64,000 bases of DNA from an uncultured Nitrososphaerales archaeon (GCA_963713605.1 CAVQMO010000010.1:288001-352000); one strand, 5' to 3'; positions 11,057 through 23,210 are shown, counted from the stretch's first letter. The notes: a model not told the origin generated them from the sequence alone. Made by a program: numbers and translations.

Positions 11057-12364
11057 TCAAGCAATAACTTGTACATCCCTTTCCTCATCTAAGTTCAGCC
11101 CAGTATATATCAAAAACCCCCTACCGAACTTGATTGCAGCAACAGGATAAACTCTACCACCCCATAATGATTCAGGACAATGAACTAGAGGTCGAACATT
11201 ATCTGATAATTGTCTTATAGGTCTATAGACTTTAGCTCTAGTTTTTGGTTTGTCGTTGCCTAATATTTTATCAAACTCAATTTCGACTTCAATTGGACCT
11301 ACTATCTCCTTTTCAGGATGATCCCATTCAGTTTCTATTTCAAAGTATCTTTTTAGAACCAAAGCTTCTTGAGGAATGACTAAACTCTCATTCCTAGATA
11401 ATACAGGCATTGCTTCATTGTAATTACTTTCTACGTACCTTGAAATTGGAATAAAATTAATTACCAGATTGTGGCTTCCAATACTCACATCCCAGCTATA
11501 AACAAAAGGCTGACCCCCTGAATTAACAAATATCCCACCATCTCGTATATAGGATAGGATTGTCTTCAGGCCTACTCCCTCTGCACCACCTAGTTCTGGA
11601 TAAGCTTCACCAAAGGGATTTATTATAATAGAAAATCCACCATTACTTAGGTTCGAGATAGATGTTGATGATACCTGAAATAGGTAGGATCCATTACCAT
11701 TTTTAACATCTTTTAGGTCTAGCATCCACTGAAAAGATTTCCGATAATTTGAATGAGGATAATATGAACATGGTTTTTCTTTTCTTGCTTGAACATATCC
11801 TGAAAGAATTCCTATTTTAATTGGAGGATCAAATATCTGACAATAATGAATTTCCCTAAGTTTGTTTATCAACCAACTTACTTTACGCAGGTCTAATTCA
11901 GTATTTTCTCGATTTCGATTGAGTGCAGCCTCCGGAGAAGTTGTTATATTAGTTCTTTTCCCATGATAACCGTATCTTACAAGATCTCGTTTAATCTTTG
12001 GAAACGAGCTTAAAATATTATACGCTTTTATTTTTTCATCATCTGATAATAGATCACTGGATATCTTCGCCATGTCTGCTTCTGATGCTTCATGCTTTGG
12101 GTCAAAATAATTATTCGATAAGATAGTCAATGATTTCCAAAAGAACTCCGAGGAATGGAAAAGACATGCATAGCATGAAGTGTAACTATATACGTTCAAA
12201 TTATATTCTGCATTTCTAAATCCTGAAAAACACTCCTTAGCAAGAAAAATGTAATATTCCTGCTGATCTTTTATTAGGGTATTTAACAACTTCTTAGGAT
12301 TCATAATTTGAAAGACGCTTATTATAGATAAGCAGTCAAACCTATAATGATTACTCAAACGCAT
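11057..12364 (-). CDS. HEPN-like domain fused to an alpha/beta C-terminal domain (start probably MNPKK near 12304)
   Basis: CLFHSSEFFWKSL...KH and RY motif resemble HEPN; C-terminal IINPFGEAYPE...YIRDGGIFVNSGGQPF. Confidence 0.6.
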   Translation of the reverse strand: MRLSNHYRFDCLSIISVFQIMNPKKLLNTLIKDQQEYYIFLAKECFSGFRNAEYNLNVYSYTSCYACLFHSSEFFWKSLTILSNNYFDPKHEASEADMAKISSDLLSDDEKIKAYNILSSFPKIKRDLVRYGYHGKRTNITTSPEAALNRNRENTELDLRKVSWLINKLREIHYCQIFDPPIKIGILSGYVQARKEKPCSYYPHSNYRKSFQWMLDLKDVKNGNGSYLFQVSSTSISNLSNGGFSIIINPFGEAYPELGGAEGVGLKTILSYIRDGGIFVNSGGQPFVYSWDVSIGSHNLVINFIPISRYVESNYNEAMPVLSRNESLVIPQEALVLKRYFEIETEWDHPEKEIVGPIEVEIEFDKILGNDKPKTRAKVYRPIRQLSDNVRPLVHCPESLWGGRVYPVAAIKFGRGFLIYTGLNLDEERDVQVIA

Positions 12365-12464
12365 ATCAGGTAGACCTTAGATGCTCGGCACCAATCACAC
12401 AATCCAAACTGTCCTCGAAAACTGAAAAACAGACTTATTTAATATATTATTTCAACATCATAAC

Positions 12465-12839
12465 ATGTCTAAATTTCTCACTGCTGAAGACTTGCTCAAT
12501 TCACAAGTGGAAGAATTCAACAAAGGAAACGTTAGCTTCCTCATGACGCTGTATGAAAACGATGCATGTTTTGTTTCCAAACCAAGACAAGTTGTTAATC
12601 TGGATAGTATACGCCGGACTCTGCAACATTTCATTGACATGGGGGCTAAATTAGAAGCCAGACTAAAAAGAGTAATTCAGGCAAGCGATCTTGCACTTCT
12701 AATCACGGAATGGTCGATAAATGGAAATGAATCTGATGGTAAATCGATTAATCTTATTGGCAGAGGTACTGTAGTTCTACGTCGACAGTTCAATGGAACT
12801 TTGCTCATGGTTATAGAAAATCCTTTGGGAACAGGCTAA
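12465..12839 (+). CDS. SnoaL/NTF2-like (DUF4440-type) protein
   Basis: FNKGNV..LMTLYENDA, DLALLITEW, VLRRQ.NG...IENP. Confidence 0.8.
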   Translation: MSKFLTAEDLLNSQVEEFNKGNVSFLMTLYENDACFVSKPRQVVNLDSIRRTLQHFIDMGAKLEARLKRVIQASDLALLITEWSINGNESDGKSINLIGRGTVVLRRQFNGTLLMVIENPLGTG

Positions 12840-12969
12840 TACAAGATAAAAATATGCCCGTAATAAAATCAGGGTACTGAAACATTGGCATAGAACAAAT
12901 CAATCTGCAGAATTTCCTTTCAAGTTCCATAAAAAAGATGAATACAACTCAAGTCTTAAATATAATAAT

Positions 12970-13371
12970 GTGCCATTAACATTAATGAATAAATCGGTAT
13001 TTAACAATAGTAAAGCGTTTAGTGGGTATTCAGTGAATGACTTGCAAAAAGCCAAGGAGTTTTATAGTAAAACTCTTTCATTCGAAATATCTGAAATTAA
13101 TGGATTGTTAAATCTACATATTGGAAATGGTGCAAAAGTACTAATTTATCCTAAATCTAATCACGTTCCGGCGACTTTTACTGTCCTTAATATCCCTGTA
13201 GACAATATTGAGCAGGCTGTGGATGAACTAGCTAAGCGGGGTGTGCATTTTGAAATATATGATGAAGCCGAACTTAAGACGGATGAAAAGGGTATTTTCC
13301 GTGATGGCGGTCCAAATATCGCATGGTTTAAGGACCCGGCAGGTAATATTTTATCCGTTCTTGAAGAGTAG
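12970..13371 (+). CDS. VOC/glyoxalase family protein
   Basis: [37 protein letters not shown]. Confidence 0.92.
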   Translation: MPLTLMNKSVFNNSKAFSGYSVNDLQKAKEFYSKTLSFEISEINGLLNLHIGNGAKVLIYPKSNHVPATFTVLNIPVDNIEQAVDELAKRGVHFEIYDEAELKTDEKGIFRDGGPNIAWFKDPAGNILSVLEE

Positions 13372-13498
13372 TAACTGAGTTTCCAAATGCAATATTATCA
13401 TTAATGCCTAAAGATTTCTCTCCCCCCTTAGCCTTAATCATTGCCGAATAATCCAATTTTATTCTACAGTCATTAGTACCATTTGTTTTGTTGCATAG

Positions 13499-14050
13499 TT
13501 GGACGCGTTTTGCCAAAACTGGTCGCCATTAAGGCGTAAACATAAACTCATTGAACTTCAAAAAATAATCGATGAGAGGATTGGATCATTAACCGAGGAG
13601 GCAGAGATTGCAACTAATGTAAAACTAAACCCGCTATACATAGCCGACCGTAAAGATGAGATCGAATTTGTACGGTGGACTGCAACAATAATCGATTCAA
13701 TCTTAAATCGAGATAAAGACCATAAACAGGTACAACTTGGAACTAGCAGAATACGATTGGAGTTAGCTGATGTCATAAAGTTCTAAAATATTCTTAAAAA
13801 AAGAATTGAAGAGCTAAATATAAGATTGAAAGAATCTAATAACTTACAAGAGTCTGACATTCTGATAAATGAGATCGATACGCTTGACAGCATCTTAGGT
13901 CGGTTGTTTGATTTGAAATATGGTGAAAACGGACGAGCCATCGAGATAGCAGAAGCCAATAATGATTTCAAGCGAGCAATCCGGTTACGAAAACAGCTAA
14001 ATAAGATTCAAGATCTAGAAGACGAAATTAGCATACGAATACAAAACTAG
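13499..14050 (+). pseudogene. Helical hypothetical protein interrupted by an in-frame TAA (13784-13786)
   Basis: Both track ORFs share one frame, separated only by that TAA. Confidence 0.55.
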
Positions 14051-14074
14051 AGCTGATAGAATAGAAATTTGCCA

Positions 14075-14326
14075 CTACACACATCTTAACAGAAAGCTAC
14101 ATGATTCACATGAGTACATCAGCTTGTCGAATCTGGAGCACAATGCCATAATCTCGTTACAGCGCGGACACTCAATCTCGTTATCTAGTTCAGTTGATGC
14201 CGATTCTTCTTTTTGGTTCGGCTGTAGATCAAATTCGCTAATTGATTCAAGCTCTTGGTATTTAGGCTCCATCTTTGGTGGAATAAGTTTCGTACGACTA
14301 TGTTTTAACATGATGATATTTATCAA
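14075..14326 (-). CDS. Small zinc-ribbon protein
   Basis: EIECPRCNEIM...YSCESCS; paralog of 41238-41468. Confidence 0.75.
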   Translation of the reverse strand: MINIIMLKHSRTKLIPPKMEPKYQELESISEFDLQPNQKEESASTELDNEIECPRCNEIMALCSRFDKLMYSCESCSFLLRCV

Positions 14327-14580
14327 AAATGACTATTATAGAAGCTAGGACTTGTAAGCGGGGGAGGGTAGTGTACGCATATATTCTCTAATATTTTCAG
14401 TTTCATGTCCGAAGTGATTTCTTCTGGCTTAATTGCATGGTATTCTAGCATGTGTAATATTATATTATAGGTGACTGTTTCTTCGCTAACTCCATAAATA
14501 GTGCAATTACAGTCGAGCCCGACATCTTCGCAGCGGATACAAAATGGTCGTTCTATACAATCTTCATACGTTTGGAACAT
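14323..14580 (-). CDS. DUF1059-like small metal-binding protein
   Basis: CEDVGLDC...HMLEYH pattern. Confidence 0.7.
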   Translation of the reverse strand: MFQTYEDCIERPFCIRCEDVGLDCNCTIYGVSEETVTYNIILHMLEYHAIKPEEITSDMKLKILENICVHYPPPLTSPSFYNSHF

Positions 14581-14791
14581 TGGAATGCTGCAGTAAAATT
14601 TGTTATATTTACAGTGTGATGTATTGTACTAGCAACTACGATCTGTGGAATTCTAAGTGTGATTTGACACTAATAATACATCCAGCGATTTAATGAATAA
14701 TCTAAACTTGAGCGGTGACCCCCGTTCCCCGTCTGTACGTTGCTGCTAATCTTATTAGACAAAAAGTCAACAAAGTTGAACATACCAAGCT

Positions 14792-15826
14792 GTGATTCAC
14801 ATAACTAGTCGACTGAAAGTTGTCACTATGGAAGAGATCCCAACTATCACTAGCGATATGATTGAAAAGCTCAAGAAATTGAATATCACTTCGGTTTATC
14901 AATTAGCCGTCCAGAATCCAACTGAGCTTGCGGGGGAATTTAAAGACACTTCTCTATCTGTCGAGTCAGCTTCTCGACTTATCGCAAATGCCAGAAGGAT
15001 TTTAATTGAAAATGGGGGTCTCACCAATGAGTTTTCTACAGCTGATAAAGTTTTGGAAAAGCGAAATAGAATGTCAAGATATACCACCGGTTCAGATAAT
15101 TTCGATGACTTTCTGAATGGCGGTTTTGAGACCCAAGCAATCACTGAACTAGTAGGTGAGTTCGGCTCGGGTAAGTCACAAGTTTGCCACACGATATGCG
15201 TCGCCGCTAGTAAACTTATCGAAAATAACCCTGACGAAGACTCGGGAAACATAATTTTTATAGATTCGGAAAACACGTTCAGAGCTGATAGAGTACATCA
15301 GATCGCTAAGCAACGGGGACTTGATCCGTTTCCCATTCTAGAAAAAATCTTTCATTGCCAAGTCTATAGCAGCGAACATCTGGAATCAGTTATCAATGAT
15401 CTGGACAAATCAATTGAACAGTATAATGCTAGGATTGTGATTATAGATAGCATAATGAGTCTTCATAGAGCAGAGTTCTCTGGACGGGGAACATTAGCAG
15501 ACCGACAACAAAGACTTGGAAAGATGCTAAACAAGCTTAGACGCTGTGCAGACATTTATGATGTCGCGGTTATAATTACTAATCAGGTAGTGTCATATCC
15601 CGATGGTACGCATCCCGGATTTGACTCAATGAAAGCGGCAGGTGGTAATATAATAGCTCATGGTTCCACGTACAGAATCTTTTTAAGAAAATCGGGTAAA
15701 AATAGGATAGCTACAATATTTGACTCTCCATGTCAACCGTATGAGCACGTGAAATTCTCAATCTCAGAAAGCGGAATCCAAGACGCTGTTATCTGTAAAA
15801 CGGATGGGAGTGATTCGGGTTGGTAG
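14792..15826 (+). CDS. radA: RadA/Rad51-family recombinase, divergent paralog
   Basis: N-terminal helical domain, FSTA, GEFGSGKS, IDSENTF, IVIIDS, GRGTLADRQ, NQV, GGNIIAH. Confidence 0.9.
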   Translation: MIHITSRLKVVTMEEIPTITSDMIEKLKKLNITSVYQLAVQNPTELAGEFKDTSLSVESASRLIANARRILIENGGLTNEFSTADKVLEKRNRMSRYTTGSDNFDDFLNGGFETQAITELVGEFGSGKSQVCHTICVAASKLIENNPDEDSGNIIFIDSENTFRADRVHQIAKQRGLDPFPILEKIFHCQVYSSEHLESVINDLDKSIEQYNARIVIIDSIMSLHRAEFSGRGTLADRQQRLGKMLNKLRRCADIYDVAVIITNQVVSYPDGTHPGFDSMKAAGGNIIAHGSTYRIFLRKSGKNRIATIFDSPCQPYEHVKFSISESGIQDAVICKTDGSDSGW

Positions 15827-15847
15827 AAGAAGCTATTCATTACAACA

Positions 15848-16135
15848 TCAACGATGATAGGAAAGATTGGCTACTATTTCTGGCTTAGGTCTCTTATCGG
15901 GTTCTATATCCGGGTTATACAACCATTTGAAGTACCTAATTAAATATTCTAAGTAAAGATTGTAAGTACCAATCCATTTATGTAATGGATCAGCAGATTC
16001 AGGCTTTTTCAGAATATCAAAGAATGTTATGAGATTAATATTACTACAATTTAGGAACTTTTTGTTATTTACAAACTTGGAAAATTTGCACAAGATCTTA
16101 ATATTGTCTTTTCGATAGCTTTGAGAAAGGTTCAT
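15848..16135 (-). pseudogene. Tyrosine integrase N-terminal remnant
   Basis: KKPESADPLHKWIGTYNLY...IRYFKWLY resembles thaumarchaeal integrase N-domains; no catalytic domain. Confidence 0.6.
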
Positions 16136-16416
16136 TTCTCTATTAAGTGCAGTTATATAATCACATACAGTTGCTGCATTGTTGCTGCAACAATCATCAT
16201 CTTAGTTGATTGCGAAAAAAGTCTTGTAACCCTTCCGTACTCTCTTCAATCCTACTATCAAGATCCACAAGCTGATAGTTATTAGAAACTAGAAAATTCG
16301 CCTTTGATCTTACAGTGCTCAAACGAACTTATCAGTACAAATAATTGCTATTCACGTATATAACTATGGATACCATTCTTATTTATATGATAGGAAAAAT
16401 AAGAGGGTAATATTGT

Positions 16417-17382
16417 ATGACAACCTTAGAGCAAAAGAAAAGCATACTTAATTTATACAATTCTGGCATAACCCCAGATATTATAGCACTTGAAACGGAT
16501 TTAAGTCAAGATGATATAATGAATATAATAAAAGAATCAGAAACAGCAACAGCAACAAAATTAAGATCAGATAAGCGACCAAACATGCCACTAATAAGTA
16601 GTCTCTACCTCGACACCGTAGTAAATATAGATCTAGCTATCAAACAGGCACAACGTCGTGTATGGCAAGTCTTAAAAATAAAATCAGATTTTGATATATC
16701 TATGGAAGAAACCCAGAATATTCTGCAAAGTCTTGCTGGTTCAAAAGGCACCTTTGTGATTCTGTATATCGATCTTGTAGAATCTACAAAGCTATCAATG
16801 ATACTTCCAGTTGATAGTCTTACTACAATAATTCGAGCGTTTACTCAAGAAATGTCTATGATGATATCGGCCTATGGAGGATATGTATTAAAATATGTAG
16901 GAGATGCTATTTTGGCTTTTTTTGTAGTTACGGAATATGATAAAGAGAAGAAGCAGGAAAATAATGTGTATCTGCCATGTATAAATGCCGTAAATGCTGC
17001 ATGTTCAATGATTAGAGTTGTATGTAATGGCATTAATCCAATATTAAATCAATACGATTATCCGGAATTACGGGTCAGGATTGGAGTCGATGTTGGAGAA
17101 AGTGCAGTAGTACAATATGGTTGGGATACACATTCTAAAAATGGGAAGGTTGTGATGAAAGAGGCTCATCTTGATGTATTGGGATATACTGTTAATATCG
17201 CTACAAAAATGACTTCCATGGCTACACCAGATCACATTGTGATAGGACAGATGGTCTATGACCTATTAGATGAAAAACTAAAGCGAGAATTTAGATTATT
17301 ACCTATTAGTACAGAAATGTGGAATTATGTAAGCAATTATACGGATGGAAAAATTTATAATCTTTATGAAAGTATAACATAG
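16417..17382 (+). CDS. Class III adenylate/guanylate cyclase with N-terminal HTH-like segment
   Basis: YIDLVESTKLS, LKYVGDAILAFF, RIGVDVG, DVLGYTVNIATKM. Confidence 0.9.
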   Translation: MTTLEQKKSILNLYNSGITPDIIALETDLSQDDIMNIIKESETATATKLRSDKRPNMPLISSLYLDTVVNIDLAIKQAQRRVWQVLKIKSDFDISMEETQNILQSLAGSKGTFVILYIDLVESTKLSMILPVDSLTTIIRAFTQEMSMMISAYGGYVLKYVGDAILAFFVVTEYDKEKKQENNVYLPCINAVNAACSMIRVVCNGINPILNQYDYPELRVRIGVDVGESAVVQYGWDTHSKNGKVVMKEAHLDVLGYTVNIATKMTSMATPDHIVIGQMVYDLLDEKLKREFRLLPISTEMWNYVSNYTDGKIYNLYESIT

Positions 17383-18882
17383 GAAAAATTAGTGTGTGGT
17401 TAGAGTCGGATCCTCTGTCATATTGTATCAATTAACGGAACCGATTTGAGATGTTAATGCGAGATTCTCAAGTTAATATTGATATGACATAAACTGATCC
17501 TCAATCAATAGCCACTCTAGGATTGCATCCTAATTATTTTGCACGACCAGATAGTATCTTTCCAAGACCGAGCTTTCCTAACGCTAATCAACTAATTAAT
17601 AGTACAAAAATATGATAACCAGTGTAAATTAAGATTAAGGAGCTATTTCAGCAACATTAGCTCATAAGCAAATTCTTATTGTCGTAAATGAATGAACTAG
17701 TGACTAGCATAGCGCAAACAGCTCTCTGCTTCTGTATTTCACAAATCAATTAAGAAGTGGAATGCTTATCGATATGCAAACTCATTGAAATAGAATATCT
17801 GCTGCATGAACAGCACGTATTCTGTCTTGCAACGAAAACAGGTTCTATTATTTGAATAGAAACAAATCTTTAGAGCTGATAAAATTCCTTGAGGAAATGT
17901 ATGATTATAACATGAGTTCGCTCGAGGAATATGTGGAAAATAAGGAGAAGAAAAGAAAAAAGAAAAATAGCTTCTGACGTCGATCATCAGGAGAGTACTG
18001 AGAATTGAAAACTTCGATCAACACATAATCCCATCGAGTTTCGAGTCATTCGAACAAAGCATAGCCAATGAAGGTAACATAAAACCCGCCTTCGTAGATA
18101 GAAAACCGGCCCATAAAAATACATCCATCTAACAAACTCATAATTTCGCTTAGATAGCACAAACATATACGAATTAGACAAAATTCATGGCAGCGAATAC
18201 ACTGATTTTGTTGGGCTGCCTTAGAATGTGCAATTTGTGAAATCACAATGCAACTCGACGTGTATCAAAGAAATGGAGATTTGCTTTACTTCAATAGGGA
18301 CCTTTAATTGCCATCATTTTTCATTCAGTTTGTTATTAGGGATCATTATGGGTGTGGGTTAGTACCGCTTCCTCCGCCCGACGGGTCATCTGGAGGTTCA
18401 TGACTGCCTCCACCATTAAGTTTGTTTTTAATCTCGTGGGCCTTGTCTACATAATGGCTATCCTTTCCGATATCCTTGTCTAAAACCTTTTGATCTATCC
18501 CGTTTAGTATCTGCTAACACGTCAGACGTTACTATTGTTCATTATCAGCTAGACCTAACTTACACCTTCCATGAAGCCTCTCAGATGCGATCCACTATTG
18601 ATGTGAGAATATGAACAATGTTATCTAAGCCCATTACGGAATAGAGCAATGGTATTTTATGATATTAGACCGCAAACTAGGTAACCTACAGAGAAATTCT
18701 ACATTGTCATATAATATGAATAGTAAAGCTCAACATTGTCAAGGTTTATCGTAATTCTCTTCGTTTATTGAAGGTGATAGTGGAGGTTCCAAACTTGCTA
18801 AAATACAAACTTGTGCATGAATCGTTTGCGCAATATTACGATAATGCTTTAAGCCATACTCTTCTAACTATCTGTATATAAC

Positions 18883-19800
18883 ATGGGAAAACTCCTTATA
18901 GGTTGCTCGGGTTGGAATTATGGTAGTCTGCCAGGAGAGAATGGTGGATGGATTGGAGTATTTTATCCAGACAGAGAAACCAAGAGATTGAGGCATTATT
19001 CTGAATTCTTTGATACTGCAGAGATGGATGCCTCATTCTATGAACGATTCTATAACTGTATGACAAAAGGTACATTTATTGGTATGAGCAAAGCGACCCC
19101 TCCCGAATTTCAGTTTTCAGTCAAGGTCCCCGAAACTATTACTCACAAGAAAAGACTAGACGTTAAAAAGAATGTTCTAAAAGATTTCGAAGAATTTCTT
19201 GAAAAGATTTCACCATTGAGAAGCGCTAACAAACTAGGGGCGATATTAATACAGCTACCACCAAGTTTTACGGTTAGTGAATTTAAGAATGTCGAGTCAT
19301 TTCTGAATGAGTTATCGACCTTTTCTAAGATAGGCAGTGGGGGGTTTCATGAGTCTGAAAGTGGTAATAACGACGCTTATCAATACGCCCTAGAATTTAG
19401 AAATCCTTCATGGAAAACGGAAGGCCCATGGGAATTACTAAGACATTATAATATCGCATCAGTAATAACTGATTCACCGAAAAAAGAAAACCTTGAATTT
19501 CTATCCGAAACTATTGTGACTACAGCTGATCACTCTTTTGTTAGGTTTCATGGTAGGAATGTTAAAGGTCATTATTGGTATGACTATTTGTATAACAAGG
19601 AAGAACTAGAACCATGGGTTGAAAAAATAGACAAAATAAGGGAAGAGACTAGAGTCCTTAGAGTCTACTTTAACAACCATTATGGAGGCAAAGCTGTCAT
19701 TAACGCATTAGAATTTAAAGAAATGTTGGGGATCAAGCTATCAGAAAAGGAAGCAAGCAAGTTAGAAAATGCTAAATCATATTTAGGAATATTGAATTGA
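18883..19800 (+). CDS. DUF72 (YecE-like) protein
   Basis: [48 protein letters not shown]. Confidence 0.93.
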   Translation: MGKLLIGCSGWNYGSLPGENGGWIGVFYPDRETKRLRHYSEFFDTAEMDASFYERFYNCMTKGTFIGMSKATPPEFQFSVKVPETITHKKRLDVKKNVLKDFEEFLEKISPLRSANKLGAILIQLPPSFTVSEFKNVESFLNELSTFSKIGSGGFHESESGNNDAYQYALEFRNPSWKTEGPWELLRHYNIASVITDSPKKENLEFLSETIVTTADHSFVRFHGRNVKGHYWYDYLYNKEELEPWVEKIDKIREETRVLRVYFNNHYGGKAVINALEFKEMLGIKLSEKEASKLENAKSYLGILN

Positions 19801-19866
19801 ATCTTTACTCAAGTCAATTTCCAATATTTCACTTAACGTAACTAACCATAATTTTTCCTATACGCC

Positions 19867-20017
19867 AAGTTTACTACAAGATTTGAGCAGGGAGCGGGAT
19901 CTTGGACTGTACATGTGTAAGGGAATAATAGAAGCACACGGTGGTAAGATTTGGGCCGGAAATAACAGAGATGGAAAGGGCGCTACTTTTACGTTTACAT
20001 TGCCATTAAGTAAGTGA
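19867..20017 (+). pseudogene. Orphan histidine kinase HATPase_c C-terminal fragment
   Basis: [46 protein letters not shown]. Confidence 0.85.
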
Positions 20018-20200
20018 ATATAAGAATTGGATAAGGTACAAAATTATTCCTCCCAATTTCCACATCCTGATAATTATTATTTTTTATATCTAGATTCAAA
20101 TGATTGTGATTTGTTTTGGCGTCAATTTGCTATATGTGTTACGATTTGATTAGTATAATACCATTCTCATGGCAGATAGTCTTGTTACCAATACTACACT

Positions 20201-20217
20201 CTAAAACCTTATTTCTA
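20201..20217. repeat. 17-bp direct repeat CTAAAACCTTATTTCTA, copy 1
   Basis: Identical at 23503-23519; both preceded by CTACAC. Confidence 0.8.
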
Positions 20218-20665
20218 AATTGCCTGCACTCACTCAAATTTAGCCGCTTCTTTCCTTAAGGTTCCCTTGCCATTAGTATAGAATAACAAATGACGATGAA
20301 GTCCTTTATCTAATAAGCATCATACGATAAAATTATACTTAAGTGGCGATTACAAACTTAATTGCCCTTTCAAACACGGCAGCGGTTTCCGTTAAGGGCA
20401 TGGATTCTCCCCCAACCCTTTATTGTAAATACAATTGTAAATTATTCCAGTCGCTGTACCCACTTTATCTAACTGATAGATACGCTTCGTAAGGTTACTT
20501 ATTTTGTTGGTGGTTTCCTCATATATCCATGAAGATCACTCACGAACTAGACTATTGATTTGTATTAAATAAGAATCGTATTTGATTCTTATCTGATTTA
20601 ATTGTTATTGAAATATTGACTATCCTAAATAAGTCATTTGTAAATCTTTCTTAGAGTAGATATAA

Positions 20666-22454
20666 TTGAATAAGCTTGATGATAAAAAGTTCACCCAGAG
20701 CTTGACTATAACTTTATTATTGGTTACTTTGATAGTTCCTATGTCGTTACACTCCTCTGGAACTTCAGGTTTTGAAGAAGCTCTTGCAATAGAATACGAC
20801 AAGACCCAGGTTACTTCAGAAATTAATGAATGTGGAAATGGCGAATTCCCTCTAAGCGTCTTGTGTCAGAATTCAGATTCTGAAGTACAAGGAAATGAAA
20901 ATGCAATCAATATTATTGGACATCAGACTTCAATTAATGGTCAATCTATAGGATCGGTTCTTAAAGTAACGAAAATTGTTCTCTGCCCTGAAGATGTCGT
21001 CTGTCCGACCCCTTCAGATTTTACTCTTTCGGTATCAGGTAATAATCCGTCACCTAGTTTATTTCCCGGCTCTTCTCAAGGTACCTTCGTTAGGTTAAAC
21101 TCTGGAATGTACTCAGTAAGTGAAAAATCCCCCTCTAACCCTCCAGGACTCACTTTGCAAACATCATTTTCTCCTGGATGTAATGGTGCAATAAGCTCTG
21201 GCGAGTCCCTTTCATGCACTATAGTAAACCAATACACCATTTTTGAGTGTGGGCCAATACAAAACCTAAGTGACAATGAGGGAAGTTCATTGTTCCCGCA
21301 GATAGCTCGCGTCTGGAAATAACGTGTATGTGGTGTGGGCGGATAATACTAATCCAACAGGATCCATTGATTTATTCTTTAGAAAAAGCATAGACGGCGG
21401 TTCTACTTTTGGTCCTACTCAGAACCTATTGGAGAACGCTCCAGGTGAATCCGTTGGACAACCACAGGTAGTCGCATCAGGAAATAATGTGTTTGTGGTT
21501 TGGGATAATGGAAATCCTGAAGATGGGAATAAAATATTGCTCAGAAAAAGTATTGATGCGGGAATGACCTTCAGTCCCATAGTGGAACTTAGTGATACAA
21601 TTCCAGAATCATTTACTGCTCCACAAGTTATTGCATCAGGTAACAACGTATATGTTGCTTGGGAATCCAATACAAACGTATTTTTCACCAGAAGTTTAGA
21701 TGCTGGAGCTAGCTTTGAACCCGTAAGCATTGGAGATGAAGCAGGTGGTAATTTTGCGAAGATAGCCACATCAGGCAACAACGTAGCGGTTGTATGGCAG
21801 AGCGCACCTGGAGGACAACCAGGCGACATTGATACCTTGTTTGCAGTGAGTACAGATGGAGGGGCTAGCTTTGGACCCGTAAAGAACTTGAACGAAAGCA
21901 TTGGGGGTCGTAACACTAATCCTCATGTGGCTCTGACAGGAAATAGCGTGTATGTTGTTTGGGAACATGATACTGGCAAGACGGATATAGTCTTCGCCAG
22001 AAGTACAGATGCTGGAACCAGCTTTGATCCTGTCAAGATCCTGAGTCAAGATACTCCGGATTCATTTGAACCTCAGTTAGCTAGTATCGGGAGTAACGTA
22101 TACGTGATATGGGGTGGAGAAGACACTTTCTTTTCCAGAAGCACGAATGAAGGAGCTAGCTTTGAGCCAGTACAGAACCTGAGTAACAATGGAGGAGATT
22201 TCACACATGGCGGCCTAAGGATAGGAGTGTCCAGCAATGATGTGTATGTTGTGTGGGTGGACAATTCGTTAGGAAATGAAAGTGTATTTCTTGCCAGAAG
22301 TACAGATGCTGGAACCAGCTTTGATCCTGTAAAGAATATAAGTGAAGAAATTGAAGAGTCGCTTTCACCAAACATAGCTGTGTCAGGGAACGACCTCTTC
22401 GTCGTATGGCAAAGCTCCAATGACATATTTTATAGCAGATGCACAGAACGATAG
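20666..22454 (+). CDS. Secreted BNR/Asp-box repeat (sialidase-like beta-propeller) protein (one extra base near 21310)
   Basis: Signal peptide, Ig-like segment, repeated S-x-D-x-G-x-S/T-F and GNNVYVVW units. Confidence 0.85.
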
Positions 22455-22708
22455 TATACAATTGCACTTACTAGACCAACTGGAGCTAGTAAGTTAGAGC
22501 TAGTACAATCAACGCTAAGTAAATACGGATTGGTCTTATCCCGATCCTATTCATGGTTATCAATAAGCAAAATGGAAAAAAGAAGTCCCCTCCTTAAAAT
22601 CACTTAATTCCATAAATTCAATAAAAGCTAAAGCACTCCCAATTATCATTTGGGCGGCTAATTGATAATAATTAGATTAGCTCGTTAGAATTAATCTATT
22701 CCTTCAAC

Positions 22709-23210
22709 TCATAGATCTTTAAGATACTTTCGACCCAAGGATAAGAGTAGGTCAGCTTCTTTTTTTAACCTATGCTGTCTGGTCTTTGTGCTTTCAAAAC
22801 TTGCGCGGAATATTGAAACTTTGGCTCTCATGAATGCCTTGTAACAAATAAGGAAATTAAGAATCTTCTCTAAAGCGTGATCCTCACTTCTTGACACATA
22901 GGCTTGTACAAAATATAACTGGAGGTTCTTGTGATTATTGTATTCCAAATTCATGGAAAGATGAGCAACATCTTATGCAACATCAGCATATCTAAGAGAA
23001 TCGTTAAACTCAACTCTGTCATATAAGTAATAGTTTCTATCTATATCTATCGAAAATGTTCTTTAGATATAGATCTCCGTGAATATCTCTGATTTTCTTA
23101 TCTCTGATTCTAGTGAGAAAAAAATTTTCATTATTATCTATGAATTTGATTAGCTGGTCTTCAGCTCGGGGTGTAGGATGTTTAAGTCTAGCTAATGTTG
23201 AAAATTCTCT
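22709..23210 (-). pseudogene. APH/kinase-like phosphotransferase remnant
   Basis: IRDIHGDLYLKNIF, DRVEFNDSLRYADVA*DVAHLSM, CYKAFMRAKVS; in-frame stop and frameshift. Confidence 0.75.
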
